A program made the position numbers and the translations under genes. From NCBI RefSeq assembly GCF_009914755.1, contig NC_060930.1: DNA of 64,000 nucleotides; one strand, 5' to 3'. The notes below the pieces were generated by a model. It saw nothing but the letters and a program-made list of their open reading frames with translations. It searched no databases and had not been told where the DNA came from. This DNA is from the human T2T-CHM13v2.0 reference genome, Homo sapiens. Of this stretch, positions 1-20,223 are shown piece after piece. Numbering within the stretch: position 1 is the first letter of the stretch; every line of letters starts with the position of its first letter.

Positions 1-154
1 CATATGAATACATGTGCCATGTTGGTGTGCTGCATCCATTAACTCATCATTTACATTAGGTATATCTCCTAATGCTATCCCTCCCCCTTCCCCCACCCCA
101 CAACAGGCCCCGGTGTGTGATGTTCTCCTTCCTGTGTCCAAGTGTTCTCATTGT

Positions 155-3973
<3,819 letters not shown>

Positions 3974-4036
3974 TATGATGTTAGCTGGTTATTTTGCTCG
4001 TTAGTTGATGCAGTTTCTTCCTAGCCTTGATGGTCT

Positions 4037-5053
4037 TTACAATTTGGCATGTTTTTGCAGTGGCTGGTACCAGTTGTTCCTTTCCATGTTTAGTGCTTCC
4101 TTCAGGAGCTCTTGTAGGGCAGGCCTGGTGGTGACAAAATGTCTCAGCATTTGCTTGTCTGTAAAGGATTTTATTTCTCCTTCACTTATGAAGCTTAGTT
4201 TGGCTGGATATGAAATTCTGGGTTGAAAATTCTTTTCTTTAAGAATGTTGAATATTGGCCCCCACTCTCTTCTGGCTTGTAGAGTTTCTGCCAAGAGATC
4301 AGCTGTTAGTCTGATGGGCTTCCTTTTGTGGGTAACCTGACCTTTCTCTCTGGCTGCCCTTAACATTTTTTCCTTCATTTCAACTTTGGTGAATCTGACA
4401 ATTATGTGTCTTGGAGTTGCTCTTCTCGAGGAGTATCTTTGTGGCATTCTCTGTATTTCCTGAATTTGAATGTTGCCCTGCGTTGCTAGATTGGGGAAGT
4501 TCTCCTGGATAATATCCTGCAGAGTGTTTTCCAACTTGGGTCCATTCTCCCTGTCACTTTCAGGTACACCAATCAGATGTAGATTTGGTCTTTTCACATA
4601 GTCCCATATTTCTTGGAGGCTTTGTTCATTTCTTTTTCTTCTTTTTTCTCTAAACTTCTCTTCTCGCATCATTTCATTCATTTGATCTTCCATCGCTGAT
4701 AAACTTTCTTCCAGTTGATCGAATCGGCTACTGAAGCTTGTGCATTTGTCATGTAGTTCTCGTGCCATGGTTTTCAGCTCCATCAGGTCCTTTAGGGACT
4801 TCTCTGCATTGGTTATTCTAGTTAGCCATTCGTCTAATCTTTTTTCAAGGTTTTTAACTTCTTTGCCATGGGTTCGAACTTCCTCCTTTAGCTCGGAGAA
4901 GTTTGATCATCTGAAGCCTTCTTCCCTCAACTTGTCAAAGTGATTCTCCTTCCAGCTTTGTTCCATTGCTGGTGAGGAGCTGCGATCCTTTGGAGGAGGA
5001 GAGGCACTCTGATTTTTAGAATTTTCAGTTTTTCTGTTCTGTTTTTTCCCCAT
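4037..5053 (-). pseudogene. L1 ORF1 (338 codons plus stop) interrupted by one premature TGA
   Basis: ATG GGG AAA AAA CAG at 5053; in-frame TGA at 4907-4909 (consensus CGA, CpG decay); downstream part is ORF-track 4037..4783 (..QEIWDYVKRPNL..KHAKL). Confidence 0.93.
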
Positions 5054-6058
5054 CTTTGTGGATTTATCTACGTTTGGTCTTTGATGATGGTGACGTACAG
5101 ATGGGATTCTGGTGTGGATGTCCTTTCTGTTTGTTAGTTTTCCTTCTAATAGTCAGAACCCTCAGCTGCAGGTCTGTTGGAGTTTGCCAGACGTCCACTC
5201 TAGATCCTGTTTGCCTGGGTGTCAGCAGCAGAGGCTGCAGAACAGTGAATATTGGTGAACAATGTTGCTGCCTGATCGTTCCTCTGGAGGTTTTGTCTCA
5301 GAGGAATACCCGGCCATGTGAGGTGTCAGTCTGCCCCTACTCGGGGTTGCCTCCCAGTTAGGCTACTCAGGGGTCAGGGACCCACTTGAGGAGGCAGTCT
5401 GTCCGTTCTCAGATTTCAAGCTGCATGCTGGGAGAACCACTACTGTCTTCGAAGCTGTCAGACAGGGACACTTAAGTCTGCAGAGGTTTCTGCTGCCTTT
5501 TGTTTGGCTATGCCCTGCCCCCAGAGGTGGAGTCTACAGAGGCAGGCAGGCCTCCTTGAGCTGCGGTGGGCTCCACCCAGTTCGAGCTTCCTGGCCGCTT
5601 TGTTTACCTACTCAAGCCTCAGCAATGGCAGGTGCCCCTCCGCCAGCCTCGCTGCTGCCTTGCAGTTTGATCTCAGACTGCTGTGCTAGCAATGAGCGAG
5701 GCTCTGTGGGTGTAGGACCCCCTGAGCCATGCATGGGATATAATCTCCTGGTGTGCCGTTTGCTAAGACCACTGGGAAAGCGCAGTATTAGGGTGGGAGT
5801 GACCCGATTTTCCAGGTGCCATCTGTCACCCCCTTCCTTGGCTAGCAAAGGGAATTCCCTGACCCCTTGCGCTTCCCAGGTGAGGAGATGCCTCACCCTG
5901 CTTCGGCTCACACTCGGTGCACTGCACCCACTGTCCGACAGTCCCCAGTGAGATGAACCCGGTACCTCAGTTGGAAATGCAGAAATCATTCGTCTTCTGT
6001 GTCGCTCATGCTGGGAGCTGTAGACTGGAGCTGTTCCTATTCGGCCATCTTGGAACCC
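5054..6058 (-). promoter_or_regulatory. L1 5'UTR (internal sense promoter with YY1 core, and antisense promoter region)
   Basis: CAAGATGGCCG YY1 motif near 6042-6052; complete 5'UTR; activity cannot be shown from sequence. Confidence 0.8.
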
Positions 6059-6128
6059 AACCTCTTTCTTTTGTAAATTGTCCAGTCTCGGGTATGTCTT
6101 TATCAGCACATAAAAACAGGCTAATACA
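6059..6128 (+). mobile_element. 3' end of a THE1 (MaLR) LTR interrupted by the L1
   Basis: AACCTCTTTCTTTTGTAAATTGTCCAGTCTCGGGTATGTCTTTATCAGCA...CTAATACA matches the recalled THE1 terminus. Confidence 0.85.
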
Positions 6129-7137
6129 AAGGAGGTCTTCTCAGATCAATGTAGGCCAAGTTATACAGGTGTGCTGGGGACCTCCCTGCTTCCCCCACCC
6201 CTTTCCCGATTTAGCCTGGGAGCTTCACAAATTCCTGGGAGTTCCAAAACACTTCACCAACAGAGATTTGCCAGATTTCAATAACAACCCATCCTATCCC
6301 TCAGCCACCCCTTAACTGGACAGTCCGTTAGTGCTAAAGTCACCTTTGCATTCTCACAAATGTGTGCAATTTACCAATTTTGGTTCTCCAAAATCACCTT
6401 TCTCAGGATCATATTTGTATTATGACTTTCAACAAAGAGTGCACATACCTTCACATATTGTCTGTTTGTTTGTCTTTAAACTGAATTCTAAGAGGAAGGA
6501 GGAGGCACTCTTATTCTTCTGCTATAGATAAGCTACATAAGCTTCCATGGCTTATAGTCTGTGTTTTCACATTCCAGAAACACATCTGCTTGGCAATACA
6601 GAAAAGCCTTTCCCATTCAAGAAAGAAGTTTTCTAAACATATTCTGAAGCATAAACATCTTCAAATATAACATCTTTGAGGCAAGCAGAGAAAGTTCCCG
6701 GGAACAAAGGGTTATCATGAGAGATGAGAGCTTATTTTATTAATCCGGTATCACATACAGTCTGTTTAAAAGAGATTAGTACTTATTAAGTGAATCTGGT
6801 ATCAGTAGCTGCCCTAAATAGAACACATTATTTGGCAAGAGCTCTTAAGGAACTTGTCCTACCTACACAAAAGCAAAGAAAGAGTAGTATTAGCCATAGT
6901 GTTCTTAGGAAATGGTTTCTCATTTTAATTATCTGTATTTTAGAATAAGTGCAATGGTGTAGAGTATTTGAATAAGCTATTTGCCGTCATCAAAAGTAAT
7001 CAATCCCTTGCAATCATTTTGCTTTTTTTAGAATGGATAATCACTTTCTTATACAATAGGGGTGACTTTTAAAAAATCTTTTATTAAAATATTTTAGCTT
7101 TTTCTTGGAGGAGATGAGGATAGAAAAGGACAGGTAG

Positions 7138-7468
<331 letters not shown>

Positions 7469-8712
7469 TCATTGGGAATTTTAGAAGAAGCACTACTGTA
7501 TATAATTTGGTGTGTTCTAGAAAACATTGTTATAATTCTATTACTAGACCAACTCTTATTCAACTAGAAATGATGGAGAAAATTATTGTTTTAAAATATT
7601 CCCAAACATTATTAGTTCTTTGCTTAAATCCCATCTTTAAATAGGAATGGGTTTCACTTTCTCCTGTCTCTGATCATTCTTAGCACTAAGCAGGGCTAAC
7701 AAGGATTTAAATGGCAGATGAAAGAAGGGAGGTCTGAAGAGGTAAACTGAGGCCTGGTCAGAGCAGCAGGGTTGGTTTGACAGAAAGGAGCCAGATTTGG
7801 GAAACTCCCAAGTGACGTCAATAAACGACAGTGACCAGGTGGGGTTGAGGGAAAGGAAGGGGCTAAGCAGTATTCTGAAGTTTCTAGATTGAAAGCCACT
7901 CTGAATAAATAACTTAGCTTTACTCAGGAAGATGGGAAAGAGGGAAAAGGAAAAAGGCAAGTGAGAAGCGAAAGGACAGAAGAAAGTTGTGTGGGAGGCT
8001 TGAGTGATGGAGCTGAGAGTGGGCGCTCTGACTTGGAGAGTCCCTAGTTCCACAACTGAAGGGTGCAATGTTTTGTCCAGTCAGCTCTGAGCCCATCCAT
8101 CGAACTCCTCACTAATTCTCAGAGCTCCTTCTCTCCTCTCCATCCTCGGCATCCGTGGCCTTGGTTGGGGGCCTTCAGCTTCCCTTGCCTGACTTTCCAG
8201 CTACATCCTTCCCCTAACCGATCTCCTACCATTCAGTCTTACCTACTGCCAATCCTTTAAATTCTAATTCCAATTTCATACCATCACAGCATTGCTAAAA
8301 ACTGATCAAGGCCCAACTGCTCCAGAATAAAACCCAAATTCCCAATCTCCAACCTCTGCCTCTTTTGGCTCTTCCTACTCCCAGCCATTCATTGTCAGTC
8401 CCAAGATACTGAAGTCCTCCAGGTTCTCTGAGCCGGGATGGTTCTTTTTCTCTCATTTCCAGTTCTTTTTGCAGGCTGCTGTCTGTCTACAACACCCCTT
8501 TCTTGTATGGCCAGCTCCTTCTGTGGGACTCAGTTGTTGACTTCCTCCAGGAATGGTCCCTGATCTTCTGGCCTCACTGTCGGGCAGACACTTTTCTGCT
8601 CTCTATCTCTTCACACCACTGGGAGACTATTTCATTGTCACCTGTTGATTGTCTATCTCCCTCCCGACAGCAGAAGCTCAGAAATAGCATAGATTATGTT
8701 TTCTTCATTTTT

Positions 8713-8888
<176 letters not shown>

Positions 8889-9470
8889 TAAAGATTTGTG
8901 AATTAAAGACAAAGGTGGCATTGTTTCCATTTCAAGGGGAAAAAGGCTCTTGCATGAGGGTGGAAAAGCTGCTTCTAGTTTACTACTTGTCCTTTTCCTT
9001 GTTAAGAAACAGCAATGAGGGGCAGGCAGGTGGCCCACCCCGTCTGCCCTTACATGGGAGAATAGCAGGCAGCTTTCACCTGAACGTGCCACAAAGGAGG
9101 GCTATGCGCAAGGGAGAGCCAGGTTTTAGGAAGCTGCTCACCCACCCCCATTTTAAAATTCTATCTTCCTTCAATTACCCAAATGTTTCTTGGAACTCTT
9201 AGTTATAATATAGTCAAGTATGGGTATATTTTACGGAGAGACCCTGAAAGGAAATCCATCAGAGACTGGAGAACTGTTCAGCAGGGGCACTTTGCAGCAG
9301 CACTGGGTATATTCAGCAGCATAAAATTTCCTACCATCCAGCCACCCAATAGGAATCTAGAGGAACTGAAAGAAAGGCAAACACCAAAAATATTAGTAAA
9401 AAATAATAAGAATTTGGAAAACCTGTATCTACCTTTCCCATGTATCTTGAAAACTGTTAGTAAAGATGTC

Positions 9471-9755
9471 TTTTTTTTTTTTGAGAGTGGGTCGCCCAGA
9501 ATGGAGTGCAGTGGCGCAATAGTGGGTCACTGCAATCTCCAACTCTCCGGCTCAGTCAATCCTCCCACCTCAGCCTCCCAAGTAGCTGGGACTCCAGGCA
9601 TGTGCCACTACGCTGGGCTGATTTTAAAATTTTTTGTAGAGATGGGGTTTTGCCAGGTTGCCCATGGCTGGTCTGGAATTCTTGGGCTCAAGCGATCCTC
9701 CCACTTCAGCCTCCCAAAGTGCTGGGATTACAGGCGTGAGTCACCGTGCTCTGCC
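9471..9755 (-). mobile_element. Alu (AluJ)
   Basis: Dimer; TSD TAGTAAAGATGTCTTT at 9458 and 9756. Confidence 0.93.
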
Positions 9756-11048
9756 TAGTAAAGATGTCTTTAAACATGGAAGCATTATAAATAACTAAAG
9801 CAACTTTAACTGCCGTTTTAAAGTTGAATGCTTAATTGCCACTGAAAAGAGCACAAGGAAGACTTTTTTCCAAGTTACTATCATCCTTTAACAGAAAAAA
9901 ATTCTTTGTAAGGACTTGTAGCATATAGTAAGTGCTTGATACATGACTGACAAATGTTCTTGCTGAATATACATAAATAAAATATTGCTTTCAGTATTAT
10001 ATAGAGGGTATATATATGCTATAAACAACAGTAAGAATAAGTTTAGGACTACTAAATATTATTAAATATTAAATATAATCACTTAATCTATATTACATGT
10101 TGATAGTTCACACCACCCAGGTCATAGTTCATTTAATGGAATAGCATTTTTTTTTGAAAGTTAGTGAGAAAATAAGTTTATGCTTATTTTATCATCAATA
10201 ACTTTCTTTATAAAATTGTAGGTATATTCTAACATATGATACAATTAGGGAAGTACAAATCATAGTAAAGAAGTAGACAAATTGGGAAAAGTCACATTTT
10301 TAATGAAAAACCTATTTGAAAAGCCATATCAATATTTATAACTCAATGTACAATACTGAGAGTTGAAATATTTTACCAAGAATTATATTCCCTTGGGCCC
10401 AGCTAAATCTACAGAAGCTGGAAAAGTGTCCTACTTCAAATTAAATTCATGATTTTATTTCTGCCTCAAGGCCAAAAAAAAAATCATTTTTAAGCCACAG
10501 GCTTTTAAACCACAGTCAAAGGACATGTATTGAATGCCATACATTGATGGCACTAGTTTTTTTAGCCTTAAAAATATTGTTACCCAAGAAAATATTCCTG
10601 GCTGACGCTAATTGATTTTTTTAAATGTGTAGGTACCAATATGAATTCAGGAAGCCCATTATAAATGACTCATGAGTAATAGGATATGGAACAAAATAAG
10701 ACTCTCAGCTAGCATCCAAGGCAGACCAAAGTAAATACTCAACTACTTTCCCACCTTCTTAACTAACAGAGGAAATATGATTATTTCAATTTAGATAAGT
10801 TCACCAATGTACAGATGATATTTACCTTTTTTATTACAGCTTGATTCTGCAAAGAAGAAGGAACTACTATTGTTAGTCATCTACCAGTTAATTCCTTTTT
10901 TGAAGAACCCATAAATGAGTCTAATTGTTTATTAAAAAGGTAGGGAAAGGTACTCAAATATGCTTGGTTATAATTAGTTTGTTTTTTTTTTAACCTGCAT
11001 TCTTGGTATTTTTGTGAAAACAATTGTTTTAAGTTTCCAATTACACTA

Positions 11049-11418
<370 letters not shown>

Positions 11419-11626
11419 ATCCAAATTATGAGAGAACTGGAAATCATGAGTCATACAGAGGCTTGAGGTCAAATCTGCCTTTACCAGTATTCTTCCTGTT
11501 CTTCCTTTTGTCTCTCTAGAAGGAATTTTTACAGTTCTTCCATATTTACCCAAGACTATCATTTTCCTTGGTCTTAAAGATGAATTTCCTTTTGAGTTAA
11601 GGGAATATTAGAGTTGACCTCTTTAG

Positions 11627-11797
11627 TTTTTTATTTTTACTTTTTTTTTTAAGAGATGGGGTCTTGCTGCGTCGTGCAGTTTGGAGTGGAGTGGTGCAAT
11701 CATAGCTCACCGTAACCTCAAACTCCTGGGCTCATGCAATCCTGTGTCTCAACCTCCCAAAGCACTGGGATTACAGGCATAAGTCACCATGCCCTGG
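11627..11797 (-). mobile_element. FAM/FRAM-type Alu monomer
   Basis: Single monomer; TSD TTGACCTCTTTA. Confidence 0.8.
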
Positions 11798-12585
11798 AAT
11801 TGACCTCTTTAATGTCCTCACTGCTTGATATGAACACTGCATATGATCTTGGTATTTTACCCATTGTTGCTGGACAGCAAGGACACATAGAGGATCTACA
11901 TGCTCTCTTTGGTGTCAATGTTGAGAGTATCCAGAACCTTCTGGGGACTTTTCCAGGGATGGTAGTGGATACTGTATGTCTCAAGATGCCCACAGCTCCC
12001 AAAGGCATAAGGTCCCAAGATGTGATCTCCACATTCAGATATCCCCACACTGCCAGCTACACTTACTTCTCCTCCTAATCTTTCTTGATAATTCCTTAGC
12101 CACGTGTCTCAGAGCTTGCATGTTATGGTGAAGGAAGGGGCCTATGTAGAAAAATGTTGCGGTGTGGGTTTTAAACTATAAAAACGTTCATTAGGCATTT
12201 AAGCCTATAAAAACTTAATAGAATTATTCCTTTGAGCTGAAAAAAAGGCAACTGCATGGCCTCCCTGAGTGTTTTAAGTAGGTATCATGAGCCCAATAAA
12301 GCGTTCCACCATTTTGCCAGTCAGATGAGTTCCCAGCAACTCAGAATTTGTGGCTGCTGCAGAGGCAGCTCATGAGTGATGTCATTCACTCTGTGTACTA
12401 AATTAACTGATTGTTTACACTACTGAAAAATACCAGATAATCATTAAATCCATTTTCTTGTGGACATATAAACACTGAATACAAGAAGAATATCTCTTGT
12501 AATATCTAGTAATAGGCTAAAAATTGCCCAAGTCCTGGTGTTCAGAACTCTTTCTAAGAATCGATCCAACAAAAACAATCTTGGA

Positions 12586-12886
12586 GGCCGGGCACGGAGT
12601 CTCATGCCTGTAATCCCAGCACGTTGGGAGGCTGAGGCGGGCAGATCACCTGAGGTCAGGAGTTTGAGACCAGCCTGGACAACATGGTGAAACCCTGTCT
12701 CTACTAAAAATACAAAAAATCAGCCGGGTGTGGTGGCACACACCTGTAATCCCAGCTACTTAGGAGGCTGAGGCAGAAGAATCGCTTGAGCCCAGGGAGG
12801 CGGAGGTTGCAGTGAGACAAGATCGTGCCATTGCACTCCAGCCTGGGGCACACAGAAAGACTCCGTCTCAAAAAAAAAAAAAAAAA
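12586..12886 (+). mobile_element. Alu (AluS)
   Basis: Dimer, polyA, TSD ending TCTTGGA. Confidence 0.95.
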
Positions 12887-13389
12887 ATTCTTGGAGGTAA
12901 CAAAATATTTTCTTCCTTGTTGGGTTTTGTTTTGTTTGTTATTGCAAACAGTACATGTCATCAACAGTATTTATTATAATAGCAAAAAAAAGTTCAAAAA
13001 ATAAAAAATTTGATTAAATACATTTATTTAAAATATTATGCAGTTACTTAAAGTGGTATCTTAGTAGAGTATTTAATGAAAAAAAAGTGTCGCACAATTT
13101 ATTAATTTAAAAACTGCCAGGAAACACATCAGAGCCTGAGCCCATTAATTACATGAGACATTGCATGTGAGAGGCTTATATCATGCTGAGATGTTACTGT
13201 TGCTCATGCACATAAATGTTTATTATTGTAGATTATAAAAGGCTGGAAGGCATATACTGAAACAACAGTGGTGGTGTCTGAATGATAGGATTATGAATAA
13301 TTTTATTTTCTTCTTTTTGGTTTGTGTATTCTAAATTTTCTACAATGAATATGTAAAACTAAAACACTAATGAAAATGACTACTCCTCA

Positions 13390-13760
<371 letters not shown>

Positions 13761-13770
13761 TTATATATAT

Positions 13771-13772
<2 letters not shown>

Positions 13773-13812
<40 letters not shown>

Positions 13813-13970
13813 GGATCTAATTTATATATATCTGTGTGTGTATACACACACACACACAGATATATATAAATTAGCTCCAAGTACTTTTTTTATACATACT
13901 GTTTTTACACATACTTTTACAGTGTGTGTACATATATACACACACAGATATATAATATATATAAATTATA
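13773..13970. repeat. (GT)n/(CA)n/(TA)n microsatellite cluster with an inverted duplication
   Basis: Directly visible; see findings. Confidence 0.9.
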
Positions 13971-14414
13971 ATGTTTATTAGAAATAAAGTTTCAGAATAG
14001 ATATTTACCATTTATCTTGCAAAGGCAAGATAAATAAGTTTGATATTTTTAATAAGAAGGAAAAAATAAAAAGCTTACTTGTAGAATGTGTGAGAATATT
14101 TGAATTTCATATGGCATCAGATTACTGTTTTCCTCTCAAAAAAGTCTGTATCTTCTGAACAAACTAAACCGCATATTAATCACATTACAAATTTTTTGAG
14201 GGCCGGAATTATTTCTTATTGGCTTTTGTATTCTAAGAACTTGGTCCCAAACAAATACTCTATATTGATCAAATGAATATGTTAACAAAGACTTAAATAC
14301 GTTTTAGACAATCTAATTTTCCTACTACGTAACTATTAAAATACCCTCATCTACATTAAGAAACATTTATCTCTAGAAAAAAACTTGTAAGTTGGACAAA
14401 CCAAGAGGATAGAC

Positions 14415-15225
14415 TGTGTAATGGAATATTATTCAGCCTTAAAAAAGGAAAGAATCCTGTCATTTATAATAACGTGGATAAACTTGGAGGATGATATACC
14501 AAGTGAAATAAGCCAGACACAGAAAGACAAATATTGCAAGATATCACTTTTATGTGGAATCTAAAAAAAGTCAAACTTAAGAAAACAGAGAAAGGTCATT
14601 TCCAGGGGCTGGGGGAGGGCGGAGTAAATGGGGAGAGGTTGACGGAAGGGTATGAACTTCCAGTTAATGAGTAAGTCCTAGAGCTCTAGTGTGCAGCATG
14701 GTGACTACACTCAATAATACTGCACTGTGTACTTGAAATTCACTAAGAGACTGACCTAAAGTGTTCTCACCACACATACAGAGAATAACTATCTCAGGTG
14801 ATGGGTATGTTAATTAGCTTGTTTGTGGCAATTATTACATAAGATATACTTACATCAAAACACCATGTTTTACACTTTAATTTTCTTTTCTTTTTTTTTT
14901 TTTTTTTTTTTGAGACGGAGTCTCACTCTGTTGCCCAGGCTGGAGTGCACTGGCACAAGCTCAGCTCACTGTAACCTCTGCCTCCTGGGTTCAAGCGATT
15001 CTCCAGCCTGGGCCTCCTGAGTAGCTGGGATTACAGGTGTGCACCACCATGCCCAGCTAATTTTTGTATTTTTAGTAAAGATGGGGTTTCACCATGTTGA
15101 CCAGGCTGGTCTCGAACTCCTGACCTTGTGATCTGCCCGCCTCGGCCTCCCAAAGTGCTAGGATTACAGGCGTGAGCCACCCCATCTGGCCAATTTTCTA
15201 TTTTTCAATCATATCTTAATAAGCC
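14415..15225 (+). mobile_element. Old L1 (L1MA/MB) 3' end, split by an Alu
   Basis: GGAATATTATTCAGCCTTAAAAAAGG...AGTGAAATAAGCCAGACACAGAAAGACAAATATTGC. Confidence 0.85.
14881..15191 (-). mobile_element. Alu (AluS)
   Basis: Dimer with polyT; TSD AATTTTCT-like. Confidence 0.95.
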
Positions 15226-15412
15226 TGGGGGGGAAAGGATAGTATTTAGAAAGTGGCTTCTATGGGCTGTTTACCACTGTCTCCTTCTATGGAACCAAGA
15301 ATATAATTGTATAATAGAAGTTTAAATGCTTTGGCTTTGGGTGAATTGGCCAAAGGTAATGCTTGTGACCACAGGTTAGAGTGTTTCCTCTAAACCACGA
15401 GAACTGACCTGA

Positions 15413-15904
<492 letters not shown>

Positions 15905-16569
15905 TGACAATGGTTTTGGGGACCGTATGTTCCTTGAGTGAAACATTCCTTATAAGCAGCCTACACCATTCACCGCCACGTAGTTGTGGATTTTAGCATC
16001 CTTCCATGTGCACAGGCTTCTCCTGCCTTCAGGAGTTCACATCTGAGTGGAATCTACCCCGGTAGGTCCCCGGAAAGGTTCAAAAGCTCCTCTCAGAGCA
16101 GGAAGTTATCAACTCCGTAATTTCCCAGGCTAATTTTACAGACTAGTCTTAGGAAGCGCTTGATGTTGACAGCGACCATGTGGCTTTCTTACTGAAAACC
16201 CAAGTGCCCAGTAAATAAGCTCAACTACAAAGTAAAGAAGAAACGTGGTGCTCAATTCCAATGATTCAAAAGTTTAACCATTGCTTTTAGGAGTTAATCA
16301 CTCAATGACATATTTCCTTTCCTAAATAAACATTGACTTTTTGACATCTGGTGTTGGATCTCTTATGTATATGGGTATGGCTCAGTTCCTGGAGAGAGTA
16401 GAGATAGTGACACAGAATGGGCCATCAGGCCACACCTCAGTGTACTTGCCACTAGGACGTTAATAAGGGATGCACAGTAGTGTCACAGATTCCAGCCCTG
16501 CAAGTAGGGCCACGAGAGGAAAAGTGGTTGCTCTTTGTTTCATCGTCAATATTCAATATAAGAAAAATG

Positions 16570-16858
<289 letters not shown>

Positions 16859-17897
16859 ATAAATGGTTCTTAAACATGAGAATGGCAGGGGAAGTTGGAA
16901 AGTTTTGTTGTAGTGAATACAGATTTGATTTGGTTACTCCACGAGAGTCATTTTAGCACCAAGTATATTAAATGATGACATGAAGAAGAGCTTCATATGC
17001 TGAAGAGACAACTGACAACCCGAACTTCCACAGGTTCTCACCTTCTGTGGCTTATTATAGCTCATTTTCCTTTCAGATCTTACAATCTCCCACTTTAGGA
17101 ACTGAAATTCTTCGGAATTTCCTGTGATTATGTTTTCTAGTGTTACGGGAAGGAAAGTTATCTTTAGGGTTAGACAACATGTAAAGTTGAATACTGAATT
17201 CAACAGAGATCTTAAAATACAAGTCCAGGAATGAAAGGGATTAAGAATGTACACTGTGTATAGTTAATGTAGACTATAACTAGGTTCATAAAACAATTGT
17301 AAAAATTGTCTTTGAAGAGAAAGTTTATTAACTTCATTTTAATATTCACAATACAGATTTGAGACATTTTATGGGAGAAAAACCACAAAGTTCTAATCCT
17401 CCTTAAGAACTAGGATGTGTCTCTTCATTGCTCACAGGCTGCGAATTAAGCTTTCAATTCATTCAACAGTGAGTACCTACTATGTGCCAAAAAATGTTGC
17501 CAGCAGTGGGAATGTTCCAGAGAATGCCCTTGTTCCCATGGGGTTTACAACCTAGTGAGTGAGACAGTTAATGTACAATAAAGAAATAAGTACAAGATCT
17601 TTATACAAGATTATAAGATTAGGCAGTGCCGAATGTTAAAAGCAAAATAAAACAGGGCAGCATACATTTATCTAGTATAGTTGCTGCTTTGGCATCCATT
17701 TTGGGCCTGCGGTAAGTTATTGAAACCCAGTCGTACCCTATCACCTTTGGTCTAGTTAAAATGTTCCCTCCCTGTGTGGTTGTTTGTGAAACAGCCTGCT
17801 TGCTCTTCACCCCACAGCTGCTGACCACAGTAAAACCTAATGATCAACACCAGAGTGATGTAAGTTCCCCCTTTTGCACATTTTTAAATTTAACTAA

Positions 17898-18233
<336 letters not shown>

Positions 18234-18497
18234 TAGCCAATCCACAACCCCCATGGGAAACCCTAAGGGATAAGGTCCACGGATCTTAATAAAGGCATAA
18301 TCCCACAGGTCCTCTCTCTCTCTCGCTCTCCCCTCTCTCCCTTACTCCCCACTCCCTCTCCCTGGTTGAGCTCTCTGACACCCCTGGACTTTTCCTTAGC
18401 CTCCTGTTGGCAGCTCTGACCTTTCCGGGATCTGTAAGTTATACAGTTCTTCTGTTTCAGCCATTTTGGTTTCATTCCCTCATTTTGTCTCACTTGA

Positions 18498-18889
<392 letters not shown>

Positions 18890-19578
18890 AGGTTTTGGCC
18901 ACTCTCAAAAGTGGAGACCTCAAAACCAAATTAGAAAGAACCACGGCGATGGAACTCACGACACAGGGTAACGGGATAAAGAGAGAAAGGGAGACACTTC
19001 AACATCCCTGTATTAGCCTTGACGGCTCAATTCATCAAAAAATACAGATTGAATATATAAGAAATACATATAAAAATGAAAAATATAATTAAAAGTACAC
19101 ATTATTTCATCATAACTTAAAAAATTAAAAGCTAATTAAAAATTTTTGGTTAAAAAGCTATTTAGAAAATGTTTAAAAACTCAATAAGTGGTTAAAGGAG
19201 AAAATTAACACTATAGTTACAATTATTTAGAAAAAATATGAGAAAATGTAAGTAAAATTATAGGAGACAAATTTTGCTCCTTGAGGCAAAGATTTTCACA
19301 GATTTCCCAAAAATAACATAAAAATCACTTACCATAAAAGAAAAATTTGATAAATTGGACTTCATCAAAATTAAAAACTTTTGCTCTTCAAAATAAACTG
19401 TTTTTTGGGGAGCTGAAGGAAATGTGCATTATCTTGATTGTGATGATGGCTTCAATGGTGTATACATGTCAAAACTCATCAAATTGTACACCTTAAACAT
19501 ATGTAATTTATTGTGGTCAACTATGTGTCAATAAAGTTGCAATGAAGAATTGGAAATAAAGAATTGGCAACTAAATAC

Positions 19579-19745
19579 TTTTTTTTTTTTTTGAGACAGG
19601 GTCTCGCGCGGTCACCCAGGCTGGAGTGCAGTGATGCCATCATGGCTCACTGCAACCTCTGCCTCCCGGCTCAATTGATCCTCCCCTTCAAACTCCCCAA
19701 TAGCTGGGACTACAGGTACTTGCCACCATGCCTGGCTAAATTTTG
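19579..19745 (-). mobile_element. Alu right arm (AluJ-like)
   Basis: PolyT plus right monomer. Confidence 0.85.
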
Positions 19746-20223
19746 CTCAGTACAACTTTTTAAAACATGAACTAATTGTTGAGAAAATTAAAAGGCAAGC
19801 CATCAACCAGGAGAAAATATTTGTAATTAATGAGTCTGGCAAAGCACTTAAATTTAGAAAATATAAATAACTCTTACTATTCAACGATGGAACAAACAAC
19901 ACACAACCACACAGCCCATAAACTAAAGAGATCGGCACTACCCCCCGAAATGTACAAATGACCAAAAATAACATGAAAAGATGCTCACTATCTTTAGTCA
20001 TCAGAGAAATGCAACTTAAAACCACAAAGAGATACCATTATACCGAACCGAGAACAGCTAAAAATAAAAAGACTACTAATAATCTCATTTATATACAGAA
20101 TCTAAAACAAAAACCAACTCATAGAAACAGAGAGGAGAATGGTGGTTGGCAGGAGTTGTGGGTGGGGAAATGGGGAGATGTTGGTCAAAGGGTACAGAGT
20201 TTCACTTACAAAATGAGTAAGTT

